Source of the DNA: Ancylonema sp. | Taxonomy: Eukaryota | Length of the DNA stretch: 64,000 bases | Reading direction: 5' to 3' | Assembly: GCA_050230475.1 (NCBI GenBank) | Contig: JBFLGF010000216.1 | Span: 1 to 64,000 of the forward strand | Part shown: positions 12,809 to 25,496 of the stretch, piece after piece | How the letters are laid out: the number at the start of each line of letters is the position of its first letter | How positions within the stretch are numbered: the stretch's first letter is position 1 | Program-made: the position numbers and the translations under genes | The notes under the pieces: generated by a model | Databases searched by the model: none | What the model was told of the DNA's origin: nothing | What the model saw: the letters and a program-made list of their open reading frames with translations, nothing else

Positions 12809-15800
12809 TATAAGCTTTTGAGTGATTAGACTTGCCGGATTATTTAGGTAGGCGACAAAACGAACCGTACGCAAAAGGATCTCTTTCACTGATGATCAAC
12901 GATACAGGAGTTGCGTGTGTGGAACGAATTTATTATTGTGATTGCATCGGGGATGGTAATACCCGATGCGCTTTACAGTTTGTTGCGTGCCGACGGTCGG
13001 CACAATTGACCGTCGGCCTATCATTGTGACTGACAGCTCTTCTACATGTCAACGGCACATGCCGGATCTGACACGACTAAACAGCCAGTCACGACGCTTC
13101 GACCAATAACGTCTCTAAGCGTCGGAAACATGTCAGGTGCCCGGGCACAAACTTGCCCGGCCCCGCATACAGGCACATCTAGAATATTGCTCCCGGTTAG
13201 AGTAACCGGTCACACCTGGACTAGCACGCATAACATATGGCTATCCAAAATATTCTAACACCCCCCCTCGGATGCCATGCAAAAGTTGGCATAAATGCAG
13301 ACATCAAAAGGAGTACCCAAGTCATTGCCAAAACATGGCAGAACCATCACATAACATATACCAACCAATTTTGGTCTTCCCTAGCATAAAATGTGCTAGG
13401 GGAACTATCGATAAATGCAGCCGTTCGGAAGACGAGGAAGACGATCGGAAGCCGATCGGAACCAGAAGACCGCTCCATGTCCTTTGTCGTTTTTGCCGCC
13501 CTGCACATACAAAATGCCACAAGTTAGGCGAAAACAAAAAAACTTATGAAAATATTTTTGATTTCTTAACTTTTTCAAACGACTGAAAACTTCACACTTT
13601 CCAGTCAGAAAAATCTCAAAACAGCATAACTTCAAAATTACAAGTCCTATCGGCACCAACTTTTGACACAAGCTTTGCAACGATGATTAGGACATACATA
13701 CGAAAATTCAGAACCAACTGACAAGTTTAAAGTTCAACAGATTCACACTTTCTGATTTCAAAGTGTACTTAAAGCGTTTTCAGGTGTCTTTTCGAGGTGT
13801 TTGGGTGAAAGTGTGGACTTAGCTGGATGAGGCTGAAAGTTTGGTGTACCCTCCCCATTACTTCTGCCTGAAAAAAACATAACAACACACCCCCTGCCAA
13901 CATGCATGGCATTCGAAACCTTCGATCATAAAAATAAAAGAAAACTACTGACACCCCCAGTTCAGTATAACCGTCCAAAACCTAGATTTTGCTGTGTCTG
14001 TCCAGTAAAACTTGGGGGTAGAGCTTTAGTTAGCATATCTGCTGGTTTGATTTGCGCCTGCAAGATACACATATTTTAGTCTCCCCGTGCTGTGGCATTC
14101 CCGTACCCCCAGTGATATACCACATTAAAATGTTTTGCTTTCTCTGTCTTTGCACAGGATTCTGGATCATGGAGAGAGACTGAGGTTGAATCAGTGTGGA
14201 TTGTGATTTGGTGTGGGAATTTGAGTTCTTTCAAGAGAGACCTTTAGATAACAGCATTCTTTAGACACACTACAGGCAGCCAATATACATACTCAGCCTC
14301 AGCAGTGCTCTGTGCAACAGTTGACTCTGTACTTCCAACTCAGTGCTGTCCCCCCAACCGTGGTTACCCATCCCAGTGACCTTGACTTCCCTGTCATGCT
14401 ACAACTGTTCCATGATGCATCGCAGTAAACCCTTTACTTCAAATGTGTCTTTTCCCACAAACGTCAGTCCGTGGTTGACAGTGTTGCAAGTATAAGTATC
14501 TGATGAATAGTTGATGTAGAGCCTTTATGTGTGCCACCCCAGGATTCCCCATGTGTTTTGCCAGTACCCCAAGTGCATACCCGATGTCCAGTCTGGTTTG
14601 TTTCATGGCATATATGAGTGATCCCACTTTCCCACGAAAGTCTAAGTCTGTTATATCTTCAGGGGTAGGGGGAAGAGTTGGTTCATCATTCTGTGTGAAT
14701 TGAGAGGGGCGAGTGGGAGTTTGGTTGGATTACACTCATGCATCCCATAGCGTTCAAGCACTCCCCTTAAGAATCCTGACTGTGTCCCAGTGTGAGCAGT
14801 CTTCTCTGTCTATCCCTCTTCACTTCCACCCCCAGGATATGGGTTAGGGAACCCAGATCCTTAACTTTGAACTTTTTACCCATATCTTCTTTAAAAGTTT
14901 TGACGACCATTGCGTTAGGACCTGTGATCACCTGATCATCTACATGTATGCCCAGTATGATTCTGCTGTCTGCTTCCCCCCTCATATATATACATGTGTC
15001 CATTACGCACTGTTTAAACCCTTCAGATATCATAAATTTTCTGAACATTTCCTGCCATACGTGGCTACTCTGCTTTAGACCGGATAAAGCTCCCTTCCGT
15101 CGTAAGACCTTTCCCTCAGCACCCCCATTGATATACATACGTGGTGGTATTTTCATGTAAACTTCTTCCTCCAGACGTCCATGCAGGAACGCTGTGATTA
15201 CGTCCATCTGTTCCAGTTCCCAGTCATATTGGTTTGCTATAGAGAGGAGTAGGGTGATAGATGTACTGTCGATTACTGGTGCAAATACTTCATTATAGTC
15301 AATATACCCTCTCTGTAAGAACCCCTGTGCGACCAGTCTGACTTTATATCTTTCAATATCCCCCTGTGGTGTTGTTTTGACCTTAAACACATATCTGCAC
15401 CCCACAGCCTTTTTACCTGGAGGAAGCACACACACCTCAAAGGTGTTGAACGTCTCCAGGGCTGCTAACTCCTCCACAATGGCCCTGTCCCACTGGTCCC
15501 AGTCTGGCCTCATCATCGCATGGTTGAGTGTGAGTGGCTCGGAGGAGTTGCTGTTAGATGCTACGCACGCGTAGCCCGGATCCACAAGACCGTTGAAGCC
15601 AGTGTAGAAACTGCTGGGCTCCCACTCAGTCGCTGAGTAGTTGGCGTGTGCTGCGTCATCAAACTCCTCCCCATCACATCACAAGGTCCCCATACTCCGC
15701 AAAGTTGGCTCGCCTCCTGGCCATCACCCGATCTGCTACACTGCCAGGCTCCCCCACATCTGGGTTCGCACCCCCTCCTTGCACCTCCTCCTCCCCTGCA

Positions 15801-18800
15801 TCTCCACCTCCTGCGTTGTTGATCCCTGACAGGCTGTCAGACAGCACAATCGTGGCGTTAGAGACCTCAGCAGCTTGTGGCTGGAAGTTGTCGTGCGGAT
15901 AGTCGTTGGCAGCTGCTGGCTCAGGGACTGCTGGTTCTGCTGGTGCTGGGATTGGCTGCAGAACTGCTGGCATCGGTTGCAGAACTGCTGCTGCTGGCAT
16001 GTTGGGGTGGACTGCTGCTGCTGGCATGTTGGGGTGGACTGCTGCTGCTGGCACAACTGCTGCAGCTGGTTCATCTTCAGGGTCGGGAAAAAGGTAGAAA
16101 AAGTGTTTTTCTGCTGCCTCCTGAATCTGGGGAGCTCTCCCCCCCATCAGCTTCGGGTACCCCGGCACCTCCTCAAAGAACCTCACGTCCATGCGTGATA
16201 TCACCCCAGCTCTATGGGGATCGAAAACATTGTAGCCTGCACTCCCCGCAGCCATCCCCAGAAACACACCAAAGCAAGTACGAGGGGCAAACTTGTCCCC
16301 TTGACTGTTCTTTTCCCCCCCAACCTTCAAATATTGGACCAGACACCCGAAATTATGACTTTTGTTAACTGTCATTCTCTTCCCCTCCCAGACCTCAATT
16401 GGAATTTTCCCAGAAAGCGACTTAGTGGGTGTTCTATTCCTCAACCAGTTTGCATGTAACAATGCCACGTCCCAATAAGACTTCGGTAGACCTGACCAGA
16501 TTAAGATGCATCGCATTTTTTCTGTCAGTGTTCGGTTCAGTCTTTCACAGATTCCGTTTTGTTCAGGACTATCTGCTTCTGTGGTTTGTTTATCAATACC
16601 CTTCCCCCCACCGTAGTTTATCCAGTCCTGAGACACATACTCCCCTCCCTTATCTGTCCGAATAGACTGTAGGGGCAGACCCGACTGGACCTCGAGCAAT
16701 TGTATAGTGACTCTTGCTCGGTTCAGTGCTTCATCCATTGTTTTTAACAAACTCACAAATGACAGACGTGTGGATACCTCGATCCCTGTCTGAGCATATG
16801 TATACCCTCCGTTAGCTGACCTGACAGACAGTGGCCCAATGAGATCGAGGTGAATGCGATCCATCTTGGGGCATGTCCCCAGATCTGCACTGACCTTAGC
16901 ATGACTGAGCTGAGTCATCTTCCCCTGACAGCAAACCTGACATCCCTTTACTTCAGTTAATTCCCCCTGACTTAACTCTGGGATGTCCCCACGTCTGGCG
17001 AAATCTGACATCACATCAGAACTGGGGTGACCCAATTTGTGATGCCAGACCATGCCTGTGGACAAATTCGCTGTTGTATCATGAGATCCAGGCATAACGA
17101 TTGTGGCAGCAAGCAAAGTCCGACCACTAGGCTGCTGCAGCACATCAGCCCATTTCACATTTCCCTAGTTTAATTCAGGACCCGTGGGCAGCTGTAGAAA
17201 GCTCAGCCCACCTCTTCTGACGAGGCACGATGTCGACACGAGGTGCAGGCAAAGGTTGGGACGTGGATCGTGGCTGAAAACAGTGTCGCCATTCCTCACT
17301 CGGATGTGCACGAAACCAGTTCCCTCCACCTTGTGTGACTCAGCAGTGGTGATGAAGGCCTGCTGCGTGCTCAGGGTAGGTGTGTACTCCACAAAGTGTT
17401 CACGTGCCGTGACTATGTGGTTAGTAGCACCTGAATCCAGGATCAAGGAGTCTGAGTGAGGACCAGCAGACATTGCCCGGGCAACATCGAACGTGAAAGC
17501 ACCGAAAGCTAAATAATCCACATTAGCGTTGAAGGGTTTGTCAGCAAAGCGAGCAAGTCTAGCTTGTGCATCAGCCCTCCTAGCAGCCTCTGGGTTCATT
17601 AGAGCCATGTCAGATGTTCTTTTTCTGCAATGTTCAATTGTGTGACCGACAATGTTGCAATATCTGCACTTCTGCCTCCCCCCTGAACTTCCCTGAGTAG
17701 CGTGCGCAACAGTTCCAGCTGCTGGTGATGTCGCAGGGCATTGCGCAGCTCGGTGGCCTGCCTGATGGCACCTGTGACATTTCCATGGCCCCGTATGGCC
17801 TCCGCCAGATGCTGGTGAAGGGCAGTTCGCTCTGATGTGCCCAAATTTGTGGCAGTTGAAGCATTCGACGCCTGCAGCGTCTCTGCGACCAGCTCCAGAT
17901 GCACCACCAGATCTGCTGCTACCTCCAGCTCCATTCCCCCCCCCAGGTCCGCCATAGTGCGCCTGGTGTCCTCCGGGCAGCGCCCCCCTTTTTCGGTCGT
18001 TCAGCTCTTTCCGCACGTCGTCGCGAAGCAGCGCACTCACGATGTGTGGAATCGTGAAGAGGTGTGGCGACGACTCCGACCATGGCATCAGCGTTGAAAC
18101 CATCGGACTGTAATGCGTGTTCAGCGAATTCAGCAGGTTAATCGCCTGCTTCGGTGGCGATACTGGCGCCCCCAAATTCTTAAGGTCCTGATGCAGCTGC
18201 TGCAGACGCTTCACGTACACGTTTAGGTCCTCAGCCTCCGTCTGAATGATAGCGCTCAGCAATGCCTCCGTATTTGCGATCTCGATCGCACCCTGCACCT
18301 GGTAGAATGTCCGCAGAGCATCCCACATGCCGGCAGCTGTTGTGCAGTCCGTGACGTGCGTCAGCTCCGACCAGGTGCTTCACAATATAATATAAGACAT
18401 AGCAGCCAGATTGTCCTCGTCCCATTTCTCGAGCTCCAGAAGCTGCTGGGAAATCTGCTGTTGTCGCACCAACACTTCGACATCCACGTCGATCCCCCTG
18501 GCGGCTAATTGCAGCTCGTTATCAGGTGTCAATGGAAGGATCACGTCTGCGCGACACTTTCGCGGCAAACTGTCCCAGTCCATCACCAAACGGTGCAGTT
18601 TCTTGTCCGCCAGCCCATATTTGACCTTGAAGGCCCATCCTGTATAATCAGCTCCAGTAAATTGAGGGATTTGCGACCTATCCGACATTATGGCAGCTAT
18701 TGTGTAGGACTTCTCAAAAAATTCTCGCACAGCTCGAGTTCTCAGTGCAATTCCTGCATGCGCACTCAGCTCAGAAACTTGCAGCGCATATCAGAATTAC

Positions 18801-19405
18801 GTGCAGACCTAACAACCACGAATATATTTGCGCTCACTGGCAGAATATACCGTTCACAGAGTTACCGCAGCGAAATCGCGTGGAGCCTTTAGTTTTTTAC
18901 CTACACGGCGTCTAACTAGACCGCTCGTGGGCCCATAACCTATAAGCTTTTGAGTGATTAGACTTGCCGGAGATTATTTAGGTGGGCGACAAAACGAACC
19001 GTACGCAAAAGGATCTCTATCACTGATGATCAACGAGACAGGAGTTGCGTGTGTGGAACGAATTATTATTGTGTTGCATCGGGGATGGTAATACCCGATG
19101 CGCCTGTACAGATTGTTGCGTGCCGACGGTCGGCACAATTGACCGTCGGCCTATCATTGACTGGACAGTGCTCTTCTACATGTCAACGGCACATGCCGGA
19201 CATTTCTGACACGGACAAAACTAGCCAGTCACGACGCCTTCGAACCAAATAACGTCTCTAAGCGTCGGAAAACATGTCAGGTGCCCGGGCACAAAACTTG
19301 CCCGGCCCCGCATACAGGCACATCTAGAATATTGCTCCCGGTTAGAGTAACCGGTCACGCCTGGACTAGCACGCATAACATATGGCTATCCAAAATATTC
19401 TAACA
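12809..19405 (-). mobile_element. Full-length Ty1/copia LTR retrotransposon, copy 1 (subfamily A)
   Basis: 5' LTR 18941-19405, 3' LTR 12809-13260, 5-bp TSD AAATA (12804-12808, 19406-19410), PBS 18927-18940, PPT 13261-13271, domain order gag-PR-IN-RT-RH. Confidence 0.97.
13980..18689 (-). pseudogene. Copia gag-pol polyprotein of copy 1, broken by several frameshifts in this sequence
   Basis: Three CCHC knuckles (CFNCHKFGHIRANC, CHRCHQAGHRAAQC, CRYCNIVGHTIEHC); protease ILDSGATNH; WHHKLGH...CQVCCQGK; integrase HLDLIGP / IRTDKGGEY / EQNGICERLNRTL; RT QMDVITAFLHG and IHVDD; RNase H QSTVAQSTAEAEY. Confidence 0.93.
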
Positions 19406-22400
19406 AAATATACATACATACATACTTAGGTACATAAATATATTCAAGCATATATGCTTTCGTCCGTGCATACATTACATACATACGTACATACCTACAT
19501 ACCTACGAGTAGATACATACAGACATATGCACATGTATACATACTTATTCACACACATACATGTAGTCATGCATACATGGATATGTTTTATACACACATA
19601 TATCACAATTGGGTCCGTGGTCTAGGTGTGACGTACGCGTGCGGACCGCTTGTATTCAGCACTATGCAAGCCCCTTGGACACAAAAATAATAACGTAGGG
19701 ATTCATTTACATTGTGAATATTGTGTTCTATTGTTTACTGTGAATGTTGAGTTTCGCAATTTCCGACAACTCGTGTGTTCTGCACGCTTTCCGCTCCTCA
19801 TGCGTCCGGTATGTGTGCCGAAATCCTCTGAGCAATGTGGTACCAACTGTGTCATACACTAATAATTATATCCGAGATATTGCAAACGATTGATTTTTGA
19901 TAGGAACGAAGTAGAAGTCACGGATCTATGAGGAAATTACCTCGCCTACCTATAGAGTCTTTATCTACTATTAGATATCATCGAACTTCATGGTTAACCT
20001 CCCCAGTATTTATATAATCAAGACATAGCTTTCCACTCCAAAAGGCAACGCTCGTGCTAAATTGTGTATCGCCACGACAGTACACACGGCAGTTCACAAA
20101 CATTGTGAACGTTTTGGAAGAGGCGGACACATCTGTACCAAAGAGCTAAATTAACGGAGCATTGAACCGAAGCAACTTACTGAGACGGAGTATCCCATAA
20201 AGCCTGTCTTCAGTCAGGGTCGGAAAATTGGCTCATGGAACCGTCTCGAGCTGTCACAAAACATTCTAGTATTCTTGTAGTTGTTACGACCACTAAAACA
20301 CCAAAACTTGGGGGTATCACGAGGGATTTTAATATGATGATAGAAAAGTGAGTGAATGCGAGTTTTTGAATGCGCTTCCTACCAAAATTTAATTGTTTAC
20401 CTCGCCTTCCGATATTGATCGCGATCTACAACAACAAATGTCTAATAATCAAACTTTAAGCGTCAATGCAATCCTTTTATTTTCTTGATTTTGTCACACA
20501 TTCTTTGATTGTTTGGAAATTTAGGCAGCATTGACCAGAGTAGGATCTTCCGGGGTCCCCCATAGACCCGATTTTATTCTTCTTAGTGATTTGTCAATCA
20601 AGAAAGCAATGAACTTGGGGTAAGCACGACATTCCTCGAGAAGTGCGTCCAACTCTTAGGTTTCTCTATCAATCAAACGCTTCTAAAGTTGGCTTCTCTC
20701 TTTTGCAGATATTCTCTTGTTGATGTACCTTCAATCTACTCAAGGACATTCCGCTCTTGGTTTTAATCAGTTTTCTAAACAATATACCCATGTGCCTCGT
20801 CCCCGCGCAAATGAGCGTATAATTTTCATGTGCTCAAACGAACCAAGGTATAAGTAGGAACTTCATACATTTACACTAATGACACAAATACGAATGTTTT
20901 GACAATATGCATTATGATGGAAAGCGGAAACCTTTTCCAATGTACGACCAAAATCAGCGGGCAATAAACAACATTATATGACATGTTATGACATTTAATG
21001 TGCTTACATGAATCACCATGTAACACACTTGATAAACTCTAGTTATATATTGATTACTTGCGTACGAGTTATTCACACGATGAAGTAGCGAGATGATGTA
21101 GTTCACATGATGTAGTTTCTTGTGTTGGTGATTTGCTCGAGATTTAGCCATCTCAATTATAAGTTTGAATATGGCGTAGAAGTTGGTCTTCTCGCCACGC
21201 GCGACCTTCAACATTAAAACTGGTATTGCTTGCAATATAGAAGATTAACATTACACTTGCACAATCGTTTCTTGGTGATGTTGAAATATGATGAAGACCC
21301 TTGTTCTATAATTTTGCTCTCATCCAATGGGGAGGAAACGAAAGGTGTTTGGAAGGGAATTGGGGTAAGGTGCAAGGTGACATTTTGTGCATGATGTTTC
21401 AACCATCATTCGACAGGTCATGGACGACGGCGACGCCTGGACTTCAACACATTTTGATTCATCCGTGGGGTTGTTCAATTCCTCTCAACACAACATATAG
21501 ATTGTTTCGAAACTACGTCCCCACATTCAAACAAACAAATAATAAGTATCTTGTCAATAAGTATCCTCGGCGTCCCAACCACTTATAGAAAAACAAGGGT
21601 CTCCGAACTTCAACTCCCTTAAAAAATAATAATATATATAAAATAAAATAAAAGGAAAGAAAGCGCTCTTGAAATATGGCACGTCGATTTGATAGTTTCG
21701 AAGTAGAGCCCCGAATGAAGTCCGTCCGAAAAAAAGACGGTAGTTACCGTTCGATTCCTACGCCACATAGGGTGGCGAGCCGGAATGTTCGGGTTGCTCA
21801 CATGGAAGAGATGTAAGGCGAGTGAACAATTTTTTTTGCTTGACATACGTTTTTATATTCTTACTAGCATCAAATTAAGATTGGTTCCTAGAAATAAAAA
21901 CACAAGATGCGAAAAGAAGGTTCATTTTGAAAGGCACATAATATGGATATTTTTGCTACCAAGTTTTGATTCTACAAAACAAAACACTCAACCCGCCATG
22001 ACGTCGTCAATTGGATTTCCATAACTCAATAGGTTATTGTGCAACTTTGTTGAAATCGACGTCGTTGTCATTCTATGCACCATGAACCCGCGCAGATCGC
22101 CAGCCTCCCTCACGGACCCGGTCTTGTTCTCGTTTGTCAACTTGTCGTCGAAGGAGGTTATGCCTGTGAGGTGAGCATGAGCCCCTTTGAGAACCGCGAC
22201 TTCGATTTGTAGCTTCACTCGCTCTTGAACAAGTATCGAGTTGGCTGACGTTTGAGTTGGTGCCCTTCTACTTACCCAAGGAGCGTTAACACAACTCACG
22301 CGCTAAACTAAGACAAACTCATCCCGCCCGCTAAGTGTGCATATGCCTTGTTTTCTCACACTTCGACGTCGCACTTTTCGAAAGGTCGATTTGGGTCAAC

Positions 22401-22924
22401 ACTTTGTGTTTGTTCAATGCTCACTTCCTTTTTCTACCTTCATATTCAGGGCATATCGATATCCAATTTAGTGTTTCTTTTATTGATGTTATTTTATTGA
22501 GGGTCGATTTTCTTCTATTGAGGGCACATGATACATCGCACAATTAGTGGGCGAACAAATATTGTTCACATACTTTTCTTTTTTTTGAATGAAACATATA
22601 TGTAGTATTAATTTTAATAATATCAGGGAATGGACATTTTTAGGGTCGTTATATCGAAGGAATTCTCATGAGCGAAGTAGCGAAGTACGTTGAACATGTG
22701 AATACATGAGCCCAGTATCTTTGCTCTGCGAGCCCATGAACTTGGAGCCTGATGTGTGAGCCTGAGCGTGAGCCCCTCCAAGGCCGGGCTCGCCGGGTAT
22801 TCTCCTCTGGAGGGCCAAACATATCCATCCAAACTCGGCTTTCTAGTACTTGTCAGACACTGTCTGACAGGTTCTGTCAGACAGTCCTCACTTCGACCGT
22901 CAGTCTCCGATCCCACCGACAGAC

Positions 22925-25496
22925 ATGAGCGCTGATCCCGCCGCCCCATCCGCTCCTCTAGATTTCGTGAACGAAACAGATCCCCCAGTCGTCCTAGTAG
23001 AAAAGGCACGTGTCAGCCCGCCATGGCTTAAAGCGGTTTCCGGGTCGGTAGGGGGAGCAGTAGAAGCTGGCTGTCTCCAACCAATTGACGTCATAAAGAC
23101 GCGATTACAGCTGGATCACGCCAAGCAGTACCAGGGCATAATCCACTGCGGCAAAAGTATTATCAGTACAGAGGGCACTGCGGCATTATGGAAGGGGTTG
23201 ACCCCTTTCGCCACACATTTGACACTAAAATACGCCCTCAGGATGGGGACCAACGCCGTGTTCCAAGGGGCGCTAAAGAATAAGGAGACGGGGGAGTTAG
23301 GGGGTGCGAGGCGGTTGGTAGCGGGGTTTGGGGCGGGGGTTGTGGAAGCACTGGTTATCGTCACACCGTTTGAGGTAACATCAAGGTCCTCCGTTTCTTG
23401 CAATCCGCCCCCCGGACCCCCCCCCGTTATATCTGAAGGATCTTTCCATTTTCGTATTTGGATATGGGTTTGAAATTCTGCACGACACGAACTGGCATAT
23501 ATTTGAGGTTCTGCGCGTCTCTTGGGAGCAATCTGATTCTGTTTCTGTGGACTCATTCACCCCCTGCCCCTTCTTTCCCATTCAATAACATTTTTTTTGT
23601 AATTTAATTTATCTGGTTGTCGTCTCGTGCAAACACGTCATCGTCTCGTGCATCCTTATCCTCGGTGCTCGCCAGAAGGCCCTGCCCCTGGTCCTGGTCC
23701 TGGTCCTGGTCCTGGTCCTGGCCCTGGCCTTTGAGTCTTTGACCTCCATAATGCAATCCATTAATATCTCTTGCATGCACCATAGATATAGAATGCTATA
23801 AAAATATCAGCAGGTCGATTACAGGGTGTCAAGCTTTATACATCAAGGAGTAATGGCTGACAATGTCTGATAACAGAGGAGACACTCATTTTGTGTGTTT
23901 CCGTCTGAAAGGGTATGCAAAAATGCATTACACTATTTCGGTAGCAGGGGTCAAACAACTAATCGATTGATTGATTGATTTTTATGTCATTTAATAATAA
24001 AGCCCATCTGAAGAATAAAATTTGTTGACATGTACACTTTGATGTTTCCGTCACATTCACTCAAGCCAAAAATGAAGGAACCACCCGAAAAATCATGAAC
24101 TCAAATTTCCTCTTACATTTCTCGCCTTCCAAAAAGTAATGAAATTCTTCACTATAGGTATGATCTTGACACAGGGTACTGTAATGCGGGGTCTGGGAGA
24201 CGAGAAGACTGGTGATTCCGATCAAAAGAATTTGATGTCATACCAAAAAAAAACAGAAACAAAACAAAACAAAAAACAAAACAAAACAAAACAAAAAAAA
24301 AGGGGGAGAGGGCGTGGGTATCACCTCATTTTATCATTACCCAAATTTCAGATAAACAACACCTAACCAACCACAATCTCAACAAAAAAAAAACATCCAC
24401 ATCCACATCCCCCCCCCTCCCCCCCCCCCTCCACAGGTCGTAAAAATCCGTCTCCAACAGCAACGGGGCCTCTCCACCGAAGCCCTTCGCTACAAAGGCC
24501 CCATTCACTGCGCCTCGTCCATCATAAAAGAGGAAGGTCTCCGCGGCATGTGGTCGGGAGCCCTCCCCACCGTTTGCCGCAACGGCACCAACCAAGCCGT
24601 CATGTTCTCCGCCAAAAACTTGATCGACTCGCTGCTGTGGGGGAAGGAGGACGGGGATGGGAAGGTGCTGCTGCCCTACCAGTCCATGATCGCGGGGTTC
24701 ATTGCGGGGACGGCTGGTGAGGGGTGGGGGTGGGTGGGGGGGGTTGGGGGCGAGGGGTGGGAGGTTGGGGGGGGGGGGGGGAGGGGGTGGGGCGGGGACA
24801 GGGATGGGTGTTAGGGTGACTTGAGTTTGCGTTGACTGGAAGGGGGAAGACCAGTTGGGGGATGAGAAATTGCAGAATGGTAGAATAGGGAGGGGTGTGG
24901 TAGCCATGACATTGTCAAGGTTAAAGTAATTGTTATGGTCATGGTTATGGTTATGGTTATGATTATGGTCATGATTATGGTTATGGTTATGGCTATCATG
25001 GTGTGTGTGAGCATGATCGAATACGTGAAGAATGAGGTGATGTGTATCTCTGTATCCCCATGGTGTCCATCACATTTCATACGCGTACATGCACACGTGT
25101 ACATACGTACGCCCACATTCGCCTTCACGGGAAAAAAAAAAAAAACACAAACAGAAACAACAAAAACAAAAACATTAAAAAAAAAAAAAAAAAAAAAAGA
25201 CGTTGGCGTCAATACGTTATCCTCCCCCCTCCCTCCCCCCCCCCCCAGGCCCTGTGGCGACTGGCCCTTTCGACGTGGTGAAGACCCGTCTGATGGCCCA
25301 AGATCGATCCCCGGGGGTGACCCCCCGCTACCGGGGGATGACGCACGCGATCCGCACGATTGCGGCGGAGGAGGGGGTGAGGGCGCTGTGGAAGGGGCTG
25401 CTGCCGAGGCTCATGCGGATACCCCCGGGACAGGCCATCATGTGGGGGGTGGCGGATCAGATTACGGGGTTCTATGAGAGGAAGCGGTTGGCGTAG
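22925..25496 (+). CDS. SFC1: Mitochondrial carrier (SLC25 family), succinate/fumarate carrier-like, 325 aa, 3 exons
   Basis: Exons 22925-23374, 24437-24716, 25249-25496 (978 nt, in frame, GT-AG). Three carrier motifs QPIDVIKTRLQ, TPFEVVKIRLQ, GPFDVVKTRLM. ALWKGLTPFATHLTLKYALRMG, RNGTNQAVMF and RLMRIPPGQAIMW are typical of plant SFC1. Confidence 0.93.
23687..23728. repeat. (CCTGGT)n hexamer microsatellite in SFC1 intron 1
   Basis: Direct reading. Confidence 0.85.
24930..25000. repeat. (ATGGTT)n hexamer microsatellite in SFC1 intron 2
   Basis: Direct reading. Confidence 0.85.

Noticed and set aside
12128..12829. Cluster of 66-132 aa ORFs (MYVC/HTYI-rich)
   Set aside because: Translations of the TACA/TATG microsatellite
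13261..13980. env-like or antisense extra ORF in the copia 3' region
   Set aside because: Short ORFs are not preserved between copies 1 and 2; treated as a ~700-bp 3' UTR
15736..16368. Gln-rich and Cys-rich ORFs (also 55024-55614)
   Set aside because: Alternative frames and antisense of the Ala/Pro 27-bp repeat in the copia integrase-RT linker
18927..18940. tRNA-Met gene
   Set aside because: Only a 14-nt match (the primer binding site); no cloverleaf
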